From a bacterium (GTDB lineage: Bacteria; Patescibacteriota; Minisyncoccia; UBA6257; 2-01-FULL-56-20): a stretch of DNA of 64,000 bases. The translations under genes and the position numbers were made by a program. The DNA is taken from positions 1,584 to 65,583 of the forward strand of contig JAJXZE010000004.1 in NCBI GenBank assembly GCA_021780195.1, written 5' to 3'. Positions 49,848 to 58,667 of the stretch are shown one piece after another; the first letter of the stretch is position 1, and every line of letters begins with the position of its first letter. The notes under the pieces are model-generated. The model did not search any database. It was not told the DNA's origin and worked only from the letters and a program-made list of their open reading frames with translations.

Positions 49848-50495
49848 TTACCGTAATTTCATCATCGCCCGGGGCACCTCTTCGATGTTCACGAACCGGT
49901 CGGCCGCCTCCTGGAGCTTCGAAGATGTGCTCCGGCGGAAGGCCGCCACCTCGACGAGCCGGCCGCCGCCCCACTTCAGGTAATCGACGAGCGGGAGGAA
50001 GTCGCCGTCGCCCGTGAGCAGGATCACGACGTCGAGGAAGGACGACATCCTGATCGCGTCGACCGCCATGCCGACGTCCCAGTCGGCTTTCTTCATGCCG
50101 CCGGCATAGATCTGGAGATCCTTCATGCGGAGTTCGAGCCCCGCCTTTTCGAGCGCCTCGAAGAATGCCGCCTCCGAGGAAAGCTCACCCACCTTCTCCG
50201 CGCCCGCCGCCGCGGAAACGGAAACCGCTTCGCGCTCGCTTCCACGCGCTGGACGGGCGCCGCGCAGGCCGCCCCGCGCCGTCTCCTCCGTCCTTGCGCC
50301 GTGCTGGGGCTCCACCCCCTCGCTCTTCACGACGTACGCCATCGCGCGGATCAGCTGGCGGTCGCCCACGAGATATTTAATGAGCTCCGCGTAGTTCACG
50401 CGGGCGTGATGGAGATTCTTTGCAGAATGATAAAGATTCTGCACATCGACGAATATTCCAACCCTCTGGTCGGAATACCTTGGCGCACTCTTCAT
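49848..50495 (-). CDS. NYN-domain (LabA/DUF88-like) protein
   Basis: VGIFVDVQNLYHSAKN ... VVILLTGDGDFLPLV pattern of NYN/LabA; sits between rpsO and pnp. Confidence 0.75.
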   Translation of the reverse strand: MKSAPRYSDQRVGIFVDVQNLYHSAKNLHHARVNYAELIKYLVGDRQLIRAMAYVVKSEGVEPQHGARTEETARGGLRGARPARGSEREAVSVSAAAGAEKVGELSSEAAFFEALEKAGLELRMKDLQIYAGGMKKADWDVGMAVDAIRMSSFLDVVILLTGDGDFLPLVDYLKWGGGRLVEVAAFRRSTSSKLQEAADRFVNIEEVPRAMMKLR

Positions 50496-50770
50496 TATTT
50501 TTTAAGCTCGAGCTTCTTGATCAGTTTCTCGTACGAGGAAAGCTCGTGCTTTTTTAGATAGCCGAGAAGCTTCCTGCGCTTCGAAACCATCTTCAAAAGG
50601 CCGCGGCGGGAGTGGTTGTCCTTCGGGTTCTTCTTAAGATGCGCGGCGAGCTCGTCGATCTGGCGCGAGGTTACCGCGACCTGAACCTCGGCGGAGCCGG
50701 TGTCTTTGTCGTGCTTTTTATGATCCCCGATGATGCGGGACTTCACTCGTTTCGTAAGCATTAAGGTCAT
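50495..50770 (-). CDS. rpsO: 30S ribosomal protein S15
   Basis: ...GSAEVQVAVTSRQIDELAAHLKKNPKDNHSRRGLLKMVSKRRKLLGYLKK canonical S15; start could instead be 50761. Confidence 0.85.
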   Translation of the reverse strand: MTLMLTKRVKSRIIGDHKKHDKDTGSAEVQVAVTSRQIDELAAHLKKNPKDNHSRRGLLKMVSKRRKLLGYLKKHELSSYEKLIKKLELKK

Positions 50771-50900
50771 TATAACGTAATTCGGAAAAAAGGCAAATGA
50801 GCCGCGACCATTGTCCGCGCAGTATCTTCTTTCCGGCCACCTTTCTTTCTCGAAGCCGTCGCTTGCCGTCTTTTGCGACGGAAGCGGGTATAATGAAGAC

Positions 50901-51815
50901 ATGGCTCCGGCGATGACCGAAATCGGGAAACTCCTGCGCGACTACCTCGACTATCTCGAGATCGAAAAGAACCGTTCGCCGAAGACGCGCGAGAACTACG
51001 AGCGCTATCTCCGGCGCTTCGTCGCGTTCTCCGGCGCGAAGACGCCGCGCGACATCACGGACGAAACGGTTCGTGAGTTCCGAAAGGCGCTCGCCCGCCC
51101 GCCCGCGGACGGCGGCCCCACGCTCAAGCGCGCCACCCAGAGCTATTACGTGATCGCCCTCCGCAACTTCCTCAAATATCTCACCAAGCGCGACATCGCC
51201 GCCCTCGCCGCGGAGAAGGTCGAGCTCCCGAAGGTGCCCGCGCGCCAGATCGAGACGCTCGCCTACGCCGACCTCGAACGGCTCCTCGCCGCGCCCAAGG
51301 GCACCGCCCTCCGCGCGCTCCGCGACCGCGCCGTCCTCGAGACCTTCTTCTCGACCGGCCTCCGCCTTTCCGAACTCTGCGCACTTCCCCGCCGCCTCGA
51401 CCTCAAGCGCGGCGAGATATCCGTGCGCGGCAAGGGCGACAAGATCCGCGTGGTCTTCATCTCCGCCGGCGCACGGGCGGCGATCGAAAAATATCTCGCC
51501 GCGCGCGGCGACGCCGAGGAAAAGCTTTTCGTAAGCCTGGACAAGAAGGACCGCGTGATCGGGCCGATCACCCCCCGCGCCGCGGAGCGCCTCGTCGCGC
51601 GGCGCGCCAAGGAAGCCGGCATCGACCGACCCATCCACGCGCACCAATTGCGCCACAGTTTCGCGACCGACCTCCTCATGAACGGCGCCGACATCCGCGC
51701 CGTCCAGGAACTCCTCGGCCATTCGAACATCTCGACCACCCAGATCTACACCCACCTCACGAACCAGGCGCTCCGCGACATCCACAAGGCCTTCCACGGA
51801 AAACGGAGGGGATAA
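50901..51815 (+). CDS. Tyrosine recombinase XerC/XerD family
   Basis: C-terminal HQLRHSFATDLLMNGADIRAVQELLGHSNISTTQIYTHL catalytic region; start at MAPAMTEIGKLL. Confidence 0.85.
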   Translation: MAPAMTEIGKLLRDYLDYLEIEKNRSPKTRENYERYLRRFVAFSGAKTPRDITDETVREFRKALARPPADGGPTLKRATQSYYVIALRNFLKYLTKRDIAALAAEKVELPKVPARQIETLAYADLERLLAAPKGTALRALRDRAVLETFFSTGLRLSELCALPRRLDLKRGEISVRGKGDKIRVVFISAGARAAIEKYLAARGDAEEKLFVSLDKKDRVIGPITPRAAERLVARRAKEAGIDRPIHAHQLRHSFATDLLMNGADIRAVQELLGHSNISTTQIYTHLTNQALRDIHKAFHGKRRG

Positions 51816-51828
51816 AAAGACGTTTTTG

Positions 51829-51910
51829 TGCCGAGGGTGGGACTCGAACCCACAACCCTTGCGGGACAGCGTCCTAAGCGCTGCGCGTATACCAATTCCG
51901 CCACCTCGAC
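51829..51910 (-). tRNA. tRNA-Leu (anticodon TAG), class II long variable arm
   Basis: Acceptor GTCGAGG/CCTCGGC, anticodon stem CAGCG/CGCTG with loop CTTAGGA, variable hairpin CCCGCAAGGG, T-arm GTGGG-TTCGAGT-CCCAC. Confidence 0.8.
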
Positions 51911-52044
51911 CAATGTTCGTACGCCTTCATTCTATTTCTCTTTCCGGATTTTGACAAATGCTCATAATTGTGGCACTATTTCGGCAGAAGATTAGCGGGA
52001 AATCCGCAGAATCTTTAACATCTTAATCAGCCGGGAGGCGCGAT

Positions 52045-53307
52045 ATGAATTTCTTTTTAGAAGCGCTCGCAATGCCGCCGCTGGCCGCCTTCGCGTGGAT
52101 AGCGGTTGGCATCGTTCTGGTAGCTCTCGGCGTCGCCATTGCGACGGCGCCGCTCTGGATCTTGGTCATCCTGAACACGATGGCCAAAAACAACTTCCTC
52201 GTCACGATTGTCGAGGAAAATACGGGGAAATGGATCATGAAATACGGTAAGGCGTGGCGATTCGTCACGTCGCACCGCTACCGCGATCCGCAACCCAGCA
52301 ATAACCCCGTCACGAGCTGGAAACTGCACGAAGAAGAACCTTTGGTGACTCTGAAGAAGAGCACCATTAAAAAATCGTCGTTGTCTCACATAGAGGGCCA
52401 CGAGTCTGCGCTTCGAACTTTCCTTGACAGGCACCTGCCCGGTGGCATGAGGTGGGTCGGACTCCCCTTCATATACTCCATCTACCAATATAATTTCCGA
52501 TGGAGCGTGCTCCGCGAGAGAAAGCCGGGGAATGAAGAGGGGCTTGTCGATGAACCTCGGCAACTCGCAAATGGGAAGTGGGTCGCTTCTTTTTCAAAGC
52601 GGCTTGACTATCTTTATCTGCGGGATGCCGCTTACTGCTATGAGCTCAGGGGAGCGGAAACAAAAGAGCTCATGGCGGTCGATCTGTACCTGGTATCGAC
52701 GATCCGCGTCGTCAACCCCTACCGGGCGATGTTCGTGATTCATGACTGGCTCGAGGCCACTATGGATCTTATTCGTCCATCAGTAAGAAATTGGGTCAAG
52801 GACCACAACTACGAACAAGTTGTGGGGAAACCCGAAACCACTCAGCGGGAGAACGACATTCTCCTTAAAGAAACCGGCGAACCCCAAAAATCCAAGGTTG
52901 AGGTGGAATCAATCGGCCAGTACCTCGAGCGCGCCTACGGCGTCCGGGTCAAGAGGATTGCATTTGACGACGTGATCCCGCCGAAGGACTACGCCACTGC
53001 CGCAGAAAAACGTGTTGCCGCCGAACAGCAAAAAATCATGATTGCGACCCTCGCACAGGGCGAGGCGGCAAAAATAACCACCATTGCCGCCGCAGATGCG
53101 GAAAGAATCGTGGCCATCGCCAAGGCAGAAGCGGAAGCTACCAAGCTTGCCGCCAAGGCATTCGAGGAAGGCGGCAACCCCGCGGTGGTCGCGAGGACCA
53201 TCGAGGCGCTCGAGAAAACGCACCCAGTCGTTATGGGCGCACAACCCGTCACCGTGCTTATCGACGCCGTGAAAGGGAATGCCCCAACCACGGCAAAAAA
53301 GGAATAG
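52045..53307 (+). CDS. SPFH/Band-7 family membrane protein (stomatin/flotillin-like)
   Basis: N-terminal TM; SPFH core (VNPYRAMFVIHDWLEATMDLIRPSVRNWV; RAYGVRVKRIAFDDVIPPKDYATAAEKRVAAEQQ); Ala/Glu-rich coiled-coil C-terminus. Confidence 0.7.
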   Translation: MNFFLEALAMPPLAAFAWIAVGIVLVALGVAIATAPLWILVILNTMAKNNFLVTIVEENTGKWIMKYGKAWRFVTSHRYRDPQPSNNPVTSWKLHEEEPLVTLKKSTIKKSSLSHIEGHESALRTFLDRHLPGGMRWVGLPFIYSIYQYNFRWSVLRERKPGNEEGLVDEPRQLANGKWVASFSKRLDYLYLRDAAYCYELRGAETKELMAVDLYLVSTIRVVNPYRAMFVIHDWLEATMDLIRPSVRNWVKDHNYEQVVGKPETTQRENDILLKETGEPQKSKVEVESIGQYLERAYGVRVKRIAFDDVIPPKDYATAAEKRVAAEQQKIMIATLAQGEAAKITTIAAADAERIVAIAKAEAEATKLAAKAFEEGGNPAVVARTIEALEKTHPVVMGAQPVTVLIDAVKGNAPTTAKKE

Positions 53308-53317
53308 GAGGTTTGTC

Positions 53318-54205
53318 ATGAGAAAATGCTGGGAGTTTCTCAAAAAGCTACCTTCGTTTTTCTTGGTGAGCCTCCGAATTTCTTTTCGAATCGGAGGCGA
53401 CGCCTTGAAAAAGATTTCGGCTCGCGCCATGCCCCTGAAGCTTCGCCATGTGGTTGGTATGATCGGAGTGGTGGTTATCACTCTGGGCGTCATACTGGCC
53501 GAGCATGGAACTTCAGAGGTGAAGGAGGGTAACACTTGGCTTTCCGGAGTCGTGATTGCAATCCTCATCCTTCTTGTTCTCTCTCTTGGCGCTGTTGCAC
53601 TTTTTCGTCTCTTGCTAAGGGCGAAACCGCGCGACAATGGAGACCGCGCCGCGGTACTCCAGGCCCAACCGGGAAGAACGGACCCCGCGAAGCAGAAGGG
53701 TAAGAAGCCCCGACTCCGCACCATTCTTATCCTGCTCGCGATCGTCGCGGGAGGATACTGTATCGTCCGGTACTCCGGAACAGCGTGGCTGCGGGGCAAG
53801 CAACGACCATCCGTCACGAAGGTGGGTGGCTACAACCCAAGTATGGTGCTCCCGGGCACCATAGACCTGAGAAAGAAGGAGGGGAACTCGTTTCTCCTCC
53901 AGGTCCCAATGGGAGAATGGAGTAAGAAAATCATTTTCCCGGAAAGGATGTCGAAGGGTATGTGCTATCAGCCCGCGACACTGGCCGATGCACAGAATAA
54001 ATCATGGTGGATTGCCTTCGTGATCCTCCGCCAGGATGGAAGCATCACCACCCTCACTCGGGCATATCGGTGGGGGGAGCATCCGTCTTTCTTCGACCCC
54101 CCCCTGCCAATCACCCTGCGGATACAGGGGGATGCCCCTCACGGGATACTGTTTGAGAAAGGGATACGCGATCCTAAAACAGGATTTTGCATCCCCACAG
54201 TATGA
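53318..54205 (+). CDS. Hypothetical membrane protein (three TM, C-terminal soluble domain)
   Basis: AGGAGG RBS then ATG at 53318; no family recognised. Confidence 0.45.
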   Translation: MRKCWEFLKKLPSFFLVSLRISFRIGGDALKKISARAMPLKLRHVVGMIGVVVITLGVILAEHGTSEVKEGNTWLSGVVIAILILLVLSLGAVALFRLLLRAKPRDNGDRAAVLQAQPGRTDPAKQKGKKPRLRTILILLAIVAGGYCIVRYSGTAWLRGKQRPSVTKVGGYNPSMVLPGTIDLRKKEGNSFLLQVPMGEWSKKIIFPERMSKGMCYQPATLADAQNKSWWIAFVILRQDGSITTLTRAYRWGEHPSFFDPPLPITLRIQGDAPHGILFEKGIRDPKTGFCIPTV

Positions 54206-54341
54206 ACTGTCCCCCGAGCGTCTTGCTCGGGGGATTTTTTTATTTTCATTCTTTACAGGCATCGATCATTATAGTATAGTAGCGTCAGCAGTATCGGGTC
54301 ATGATACCACATCTCAATATCAAGGAACGGGAGGTTTGCCT

Positions 54342-54518
54342 ATGTTCGCAGAGCTTACAATGCCGGTCATTATCATTTTTCTAATCACCGGCCTCCTCAC
54401 TGCCTGGATCGCCAAGCAGAAGGGCTATGATCCCGTCGTCGGGTTCGTAGCAGGATTTTTTGCCAGCCTAGCGGGGGCATTGGTGTTTCTCGCCCTCAGA
54501 AAGAAAGGAACCAGATGA
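54342..54518 (+). CDS. Small two-TM membrane protein
   Basis: GGGAGG RBS then ATG; MFAELTMPVIIIFLITGLLTAWIAKQKGYDPVVGFVAGFFASLAGALVFLAL. Confidence 0.35.
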   Translation: MFAELTMPVIIIFLITGLLTAWIAKQKGYDPVVGFVAGFFASLAGALVFLALRKKGTR

Positions 54519-55690
54519 TTTGGGAAATCCAGGAGAAAATTGAGAATGCATTCGGATACATGGCCGAGAAGCACGTATTCCGATATATCCTTCTGACCGC
54601 TATCGGCCTCGGTTCAATCTGGTTTGGCATACGCGCACTCGACGTCGTGGTCGCATGGGCCATGTACTCCAAAATCTTCACTTGGATACAAGGTACTGGC
54701 GGGCTGCCAAATCTCATCACCGGCGCCATTGCCGTGTGGTGCGTGGCAGTTATATTCCTCGCCATTCCGACTATTCTTTTTTCGGTTTTCGTAAAACGAA
54801 ATCGGAAAGTAATCCTCATGGCCGCAGGGGCAATTTCGCTGTTTATGGTTTTTCTTTACGGACTCTCTGTCCAGCAGAGGAAAAATCTGTTCAACCCGAT
54901 GACGGGAACCGCGAATTACCGCTATGTGAGAACACCGGCCGGAGAAATCAGGATATTCCCCGGGGATTATGCTTTCGACCCCACGACTGGCGAAAAACTT
55001 CTCCCCCTCGATGGGAAAACAGCAGGGGCATACCTGAAGCAACAAGCCAGCAAGCAGCAAACAGCAGTGCATCGGCAGGAAGGCACGGCAAGCAAGACAA
55101 AGAAATTGTCCACCCAAAGTCAACAGATAGTGTCCGCTGGGCGGGCTGACAACCATGCGGGAAATACCGCAGAGGAAACTAGCCGAGAAAAAAAAGGTTT
55201 TGAGCCCATGCGGAAGACAGGGGTGGCAAGTGCCAGCGCCAAAGAGCAAGAAAGCGAAGCCACTCCTGTGAAAATTTTCACCCCAGAAGCTCCGCTGGCG
55301 GGCTACTCCCCGATGTCTTTGACGAAAAGCATCGCGCTCACTATGTCTATCAGTTGGTGCCGCTCTCAGGCATCCACAAACATTCTCTGCCGCGGCCTAC
55401 TCACTAATACTGGCCCGGAGATAGAACGCATAGCCGTTGAAACACCTTCGCGCGTTTTCGACGACCAAGGAAATACCTACAACTTAAGCCCACTTGATCG
55501 AGAATACGTACTCGCAGACGGCGGATTCTTCGCCGACGTCCCGCCGGGCGTGCCGGTGGCGTTCTTTGTCAGCTTTAATGACTCAGCGCGGCCGCAGTAC
55601 ATCACGCTCGCCCTGCAGGTCTCTCGAGGTCAATGGGGGAACACCGTCTATTCAACCTTCACGTTTCAAAACATCCCCATATCTCGGTAA
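54515..55690 (+). CDS. Hypothetical membrane protein (four TM, C-terminal soluble domain)
   Basis: ORF overlapping the previous stop (ATGA); no family recognised. Confidence 0.45.
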   Translation: MIWEIQEKIENAFGYMAEKHVFRYILLTAIGLGSIWFGIRALDVVVAWAMYSKIFTWIQGTGGLPNLITGAIAVWCVAVIFLAIPTILFSVFVKRNRKVILMAAGAISLFMVFLYGLSVQQRKNLFNPMTGTANYRYVRTPAGEIRIFPGDYAFDPTTGEKLLPLDGKTAGAYLKQQASKQQTAVHRQEGTASKTKKLSTQSQQIVSAGRADNHAGNTAEETSREKKGFEPMRKTGVASASAKEQESEATPVKIFTPEAPLAGYSPMSLTKSIALTMSISWCRSQASTNILCRGLLTNTGPEIERIAVETPSRVFDDQGNTYNLSPLDREYVLADGGFFADVPPGVPVAFFVSFNDSARPQYITLALQVSRGQWGNTVYSTFTFQNIPISR

Positions 55691-55783
55691 TCAACCAACC
55701 ACGCCCGACGCATCCCGTCGGGCGTTAATACCGCATTGGAAATTCACGTTGGCGAAACCATGCAACGCTTATTCTAGATTTTA

Positions 55784-55805
55784 AAAGGCCCTTTGGGGCC
55801 TTTTA
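55784..55805. terminator. Bidirectional intrinsic terminator
   Basis: AAAAGGCCCTTTGGGGCCTTTTAAAA between convergent genes. Confidence 0.6.
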
Positions 55806-55832
55806 AAATCTTTCCACCTTCAATTGGGGCGA

Positions 55833-56219
55833 CTAGCAACCCACTCCCTGCAATCCGCCGCCGATGAAGTTCGAGACGATCATCGGAAGCCCCTTCGCGA
55901 TAAGCGCAATGACCACCGCGACTGCCGCGTAGAGCAAAGTGCTTCCCGCCGCCTTCACCTTCTCTGGATCTCCCGCTGCCGTCAAGTACTTGAATGCGGC
56001 ATAGAGAACGAAGATGATCGTGAGAACGATCAAGAGGTAAAAGACCCAGTTCACGATGTTGCAGAGCAGGCTCCCCGGTTGTCCGATCAGCTGATTGACC
56101 GAGTTGATACTCCCCGGAGCCTGAAGGCCCGGCGTCGCCTGCGCGGACGCAAGAAGCGGAATCGCGAGCGCGAGCACCGGCGTGGCAAAATTCTTTGCGA
56201 AACCCATTATTTTCTTCAT
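55833..56219 (-). CDS. VirB2/TrbC-like 'T4SS pilin' family small secreted protein (paralog 1)
   Basis: Signal peptide, then two hydrophobic helices separated by a loop KYLTAAGDPEKVKAAG; C-terminal Cys. Confidence 0.6.
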   Translation of the reverse strand: MKKIMGFAKNFATPVLALAIPLLASAQATPGLQAPGSINSVNQLIGQPGSLLCNIVNWVFYLLIVLTIIFVLYAAFKYLTAAGDPEKVKAAGSTLLYAAVAVVIALIAKGLPMIVSNFIGGGLQGVGC

Positions 56220-56309
56220 GTGTTGATTATTGGTTAGTGATGAATCTAAGTTCGACCTTTCGAATAATTACGTTCCTAGGGTAGCATACTTTCATTCAAG
56301 AGCCCATCC

Positions 56310-56714
56310 CTAGCAAGAAGTGAGTCCGCTGACCGAGAAGATGCTTCCGATAATTCCCGGGAACCCCTTTGCAATAAGGGCAACTGCGATACCCACCGCA
56401 GCCCATGTCACCGTTTTCCTCGCCGAACTGGTTGCTTCAGTGTCATCCCCCGCCTTCACGTATTTGAAGCCACCCCACAAAACCATAATCATGGATACCG
56501 CGAGAACAACCCAGAAAAACGTGTTAAAAATGGGGCATAGTATTGCATTTTCAATCGCATTTTTTCCACTGAGATCAATACCGACCGCCGGGGAGGTCGC
56601 GGCGAGCACCGAAGATGCCATCAAGCCGCCCCATAAGACCGTTATGCCAGCTCCGAACCTACGCCCCGTTATCCGGCCAAATCGAGAAATTTTTTCCAAC
56701 ATTGGGTTAATCAA
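56310..56714 (-). CDS. VirB2/TrbC-like 'T4SS pilin' family small secreted protein (paralog 2)
   Basis: Same architecture; loop KYVKAGDDTEATSSARKT; C-terminal Cys. Confidence 0.6.
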   Translation of the reverse strand: MINPMLEKISRFGRITGRRFGAGITVLWGGLMASSVLAATSPAVGIDLSGKNAIENAILCPIFNTFFWVVLAVSMIMVLWGGFKYVKAGDDTEATSSARKTVTWAAVGIAVALIAKGFPGIIGSIFSVSGLTSC

Positions 56715-56754
56715 ATTATTTTTTTATTATACCATAACCGTCGCCAACGCGCAA

Positions 56755-57144
56755 CTATCCCACCCCAAATATTCCCTTAATGAGGGAAACAATGCTCGCC
56801 GCGGCAAAAGCCACCACAAGCCCTACGGCCGCCCAGAGTATCGTTTTGCGACCTTTCAAGGTCTTCTCAGGATCGCCCGCCGAAGTGATCATCTCGAACG
56901 CCCCTACGAGAACCATAATCGCCGAGAGGGGGATGGCGATATCTAATAGAATGAACTGCGCCACGTTTGCAGTGACGGTTTGAAAACTTTTTCCGCCCAG
57001 GGGATCAATGAGCTGCGCGTTATTGCCACTGTTCCCACTGTTGTCGCTACTCCCGAAAAACTGCGCCATCGCCACCCCTCCGCTCGCGGCAAAAATCACA
57101 AGAGCCGCTCCAACCAGGCCAAATCCCCTCTCTATGCGTTTCAT
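56755..57144 (-). CDS. VirB2/TrbC-like 'T4SS pilin' family small secreted protein (paralog 3)
   Basis: Same architecture; loop ITSAGDPEKTLKGRKT; start at MKRIERGFGLVGAAL. Confidence 0.6.
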   Translation of the reverse strand: MKRIERGFGLVGAALVIFAASGGVAMAQFFGSSDNSGNSGNNAQLIDPLGGKSFQTVTANVAQFILLDIAIPLSAIMVLVGAFEMITSAGDPEKTLKGRKTILWAAVGLVVAFAAASIVSLIKGIFGVG

Positions 57145-57211
57145 TGTTTTTATTATATCACGCGTCATGCCGTGGCGACAAAACCCGAACCGCGCCCAAA
57201 CCTTGGCTCCA

Positions 57212-57760
57212 TCATAGACCACAAAAGCCCAGTGGGAATGATTGGCCGTTCAGCGGATTTCCGGCAGAATATGGCACGCCGACCGACACATTGAGCTTAC
57301 AGGCATCCGCCTGACTCACGCCGAGCGTCACGATGAAATCGGCCTCGGCCGCCTGGCGCACGACGGCGAACGGCGTCCCCGAAACCGCGACCCAAAACGA
57401 ACTGTCCTGCGGGTTGTAGGCAAACCAATAATCGGGCGTCTGCTTGATGATGATCGTGCCGTCCTCCCCCACCGTCGAACTCGGGTTATAAAAATTCTTC
57501 ACCTCCACCACTCCCTTCGGGGTTCCGATTCCGAAAAACATCCCGGTTGGCGCCGATGGATAGACCTCCGCGATCGGGGTGCTCCCCGTCCCGCCGGTGC
57601 CCGAGGTAGCCGCCCCCGTTCCCACGGATGGGGCCTGGCTCTGCCCTGCCATACCCGTGCTCCCGCCGCTCCCGGGGCCCGCAAAATAAAGTGTGGCAAG
57701 ACCGATAATGACCACCACGGCAACGATACCGACCACGATAAAAATGATACGAAGTTTCAT
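57212..57760 (-). CDS. Secreted hypothetical protein (signal anchor, Gly/Ser/Thr-rich linker, beta-rich domain)
   Basis: MKLRIIFIVVGIVAVVVIIGLATLYFA N-terminus; no family recognised. Confidence 0.45.
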   Translation of the reverse strand: MKLRIIFIVVGIVAVVVIIGLATLYFAGPGSGGSTGMAGQSQAPSVGTGAATSGTGGTGSTPIAEVYPSAPTGMFFGIGTPKGVVEVKNFYNPSSTVGEDGTIIIKQTPDYWFAYNPQDSSFWVAVSGTPFAVVRQAAEADFIVTLGVSQADACKLNVSVGVPYSAGNPLNGQSFPLGFCGL

Positions 57761-57768
57761 GTGAGGTA

Positions 57769-58641
57769 TTAACATCCTCCGCCCTGCGCGGAATTGATAT
57801 GGAGGTTGTCCCCATCCGTAGTCAGATAGTGCGTACCGCCACATGAAAGATACTCATTTGCGGTTGATCCGCCACATGCCGCCGCGGCATTCACAAGCGC
57901 CTGCACCGCGGCGCATCCTCCCCCATTGACCACTACATCTACACAGCAACCGTTGCTGTGACATCGTGAAAGATGCCCTGCGGTGTTCGTCGGCGGCATC
58001 GCTTCGGTCACCGTGAACCCCGCGGATGCCGCTTTATTTTTAATACAGTCCAGTGTCGAGACCATACCCTGCGCCGCGAAACAGCTGTTAATCCCGCCCG
58101 GCTGCTGGCTCGCCGGTTTACAGGTAAAGCCGTCCGCGGCAAGGGGCGAGCAATTTCCGCCCGCACACCCAACCCCGGTTGGGATATAAGTTCCGGAAGT
58201 CGGCGCTCCGGCGACATTTACGGGAGAAAGATTCGGCAGGTTCAGGTTCAAGAGCGCCGGGTTGATAAGCTGAAGGATGAAATAGGCGCCCGCGAGGAGA
58301 AGCAGACCAAGGAGGGCGGACTGGATCCATTCCTTCCCCTCGCTCTGGCCGGAAGGGTTGCCGGCGGCCGTCATATACTTCACACCTCCATAGACCACGA
58401 CCCCGAAGGCAAGGAGACCGCTGATCATGAGGGAGAATTGGTAGAAGCCCGCGATGAAGGCGCCGGGGGAGCTTGTGGCACTCGCGGGCATACCGGGGAG
58501 GTTCGGACTTATCTCGACCGTGGCCGGAAGGGTGGTGGTGGCAAGCGCCCGAGGGACGAACAAGGCGAACGCCGCACCCGCCGCGACGAACAAAACGGCA
58601 GCGAAGAAGATCGGCGCGAAATGAGGATTGTTTTTTTTCAT
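57769..58641 (-). CDS. Pilin-like N-terminal module (YMTAAGNPSGQSEGKEW loop) fused to a Cys-rich C-terminal domain (about 18 Cys)
   Basis: N-terminal 120 aa parallels the three upstream paralogs; C-terminal CAGGNCSPL...CKP...CFAAQG...CIKNK...CHSNGCCVDVVVNGGGCAAV...CGGSTANEYLSCGG...GGGC. Confidence 0.55.
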   Translation of the reverse strand: MKKNNPHFAPIFFAAVLFVAAGAAFALFVPRALATTTLPATVEISPNLPGMPASATSSPGAFIAGFYQFSLMISGLLAFGVVVYGGVKYMTAAGNPSGQSEGKEWIQSALLGLLLLAGAYFILQLINPALLNLNLPNLSPVNVAGAPTSGTYIPTGVGCAGGNCSPLAADGFTCKPASQQPGGINSCFAAQGMVSTLDCIKNKAASAGFTVTEAMPPTNTAGHLSRCHSNGCCVDVVVNGGGCAAVQALVNAAAACGGSTANEYLSCGGTHYLTTDGDNLHINSAQGGGC

Positions 58642-58667
58642 GTGAAAATCCCGCCACGGACACGAGC

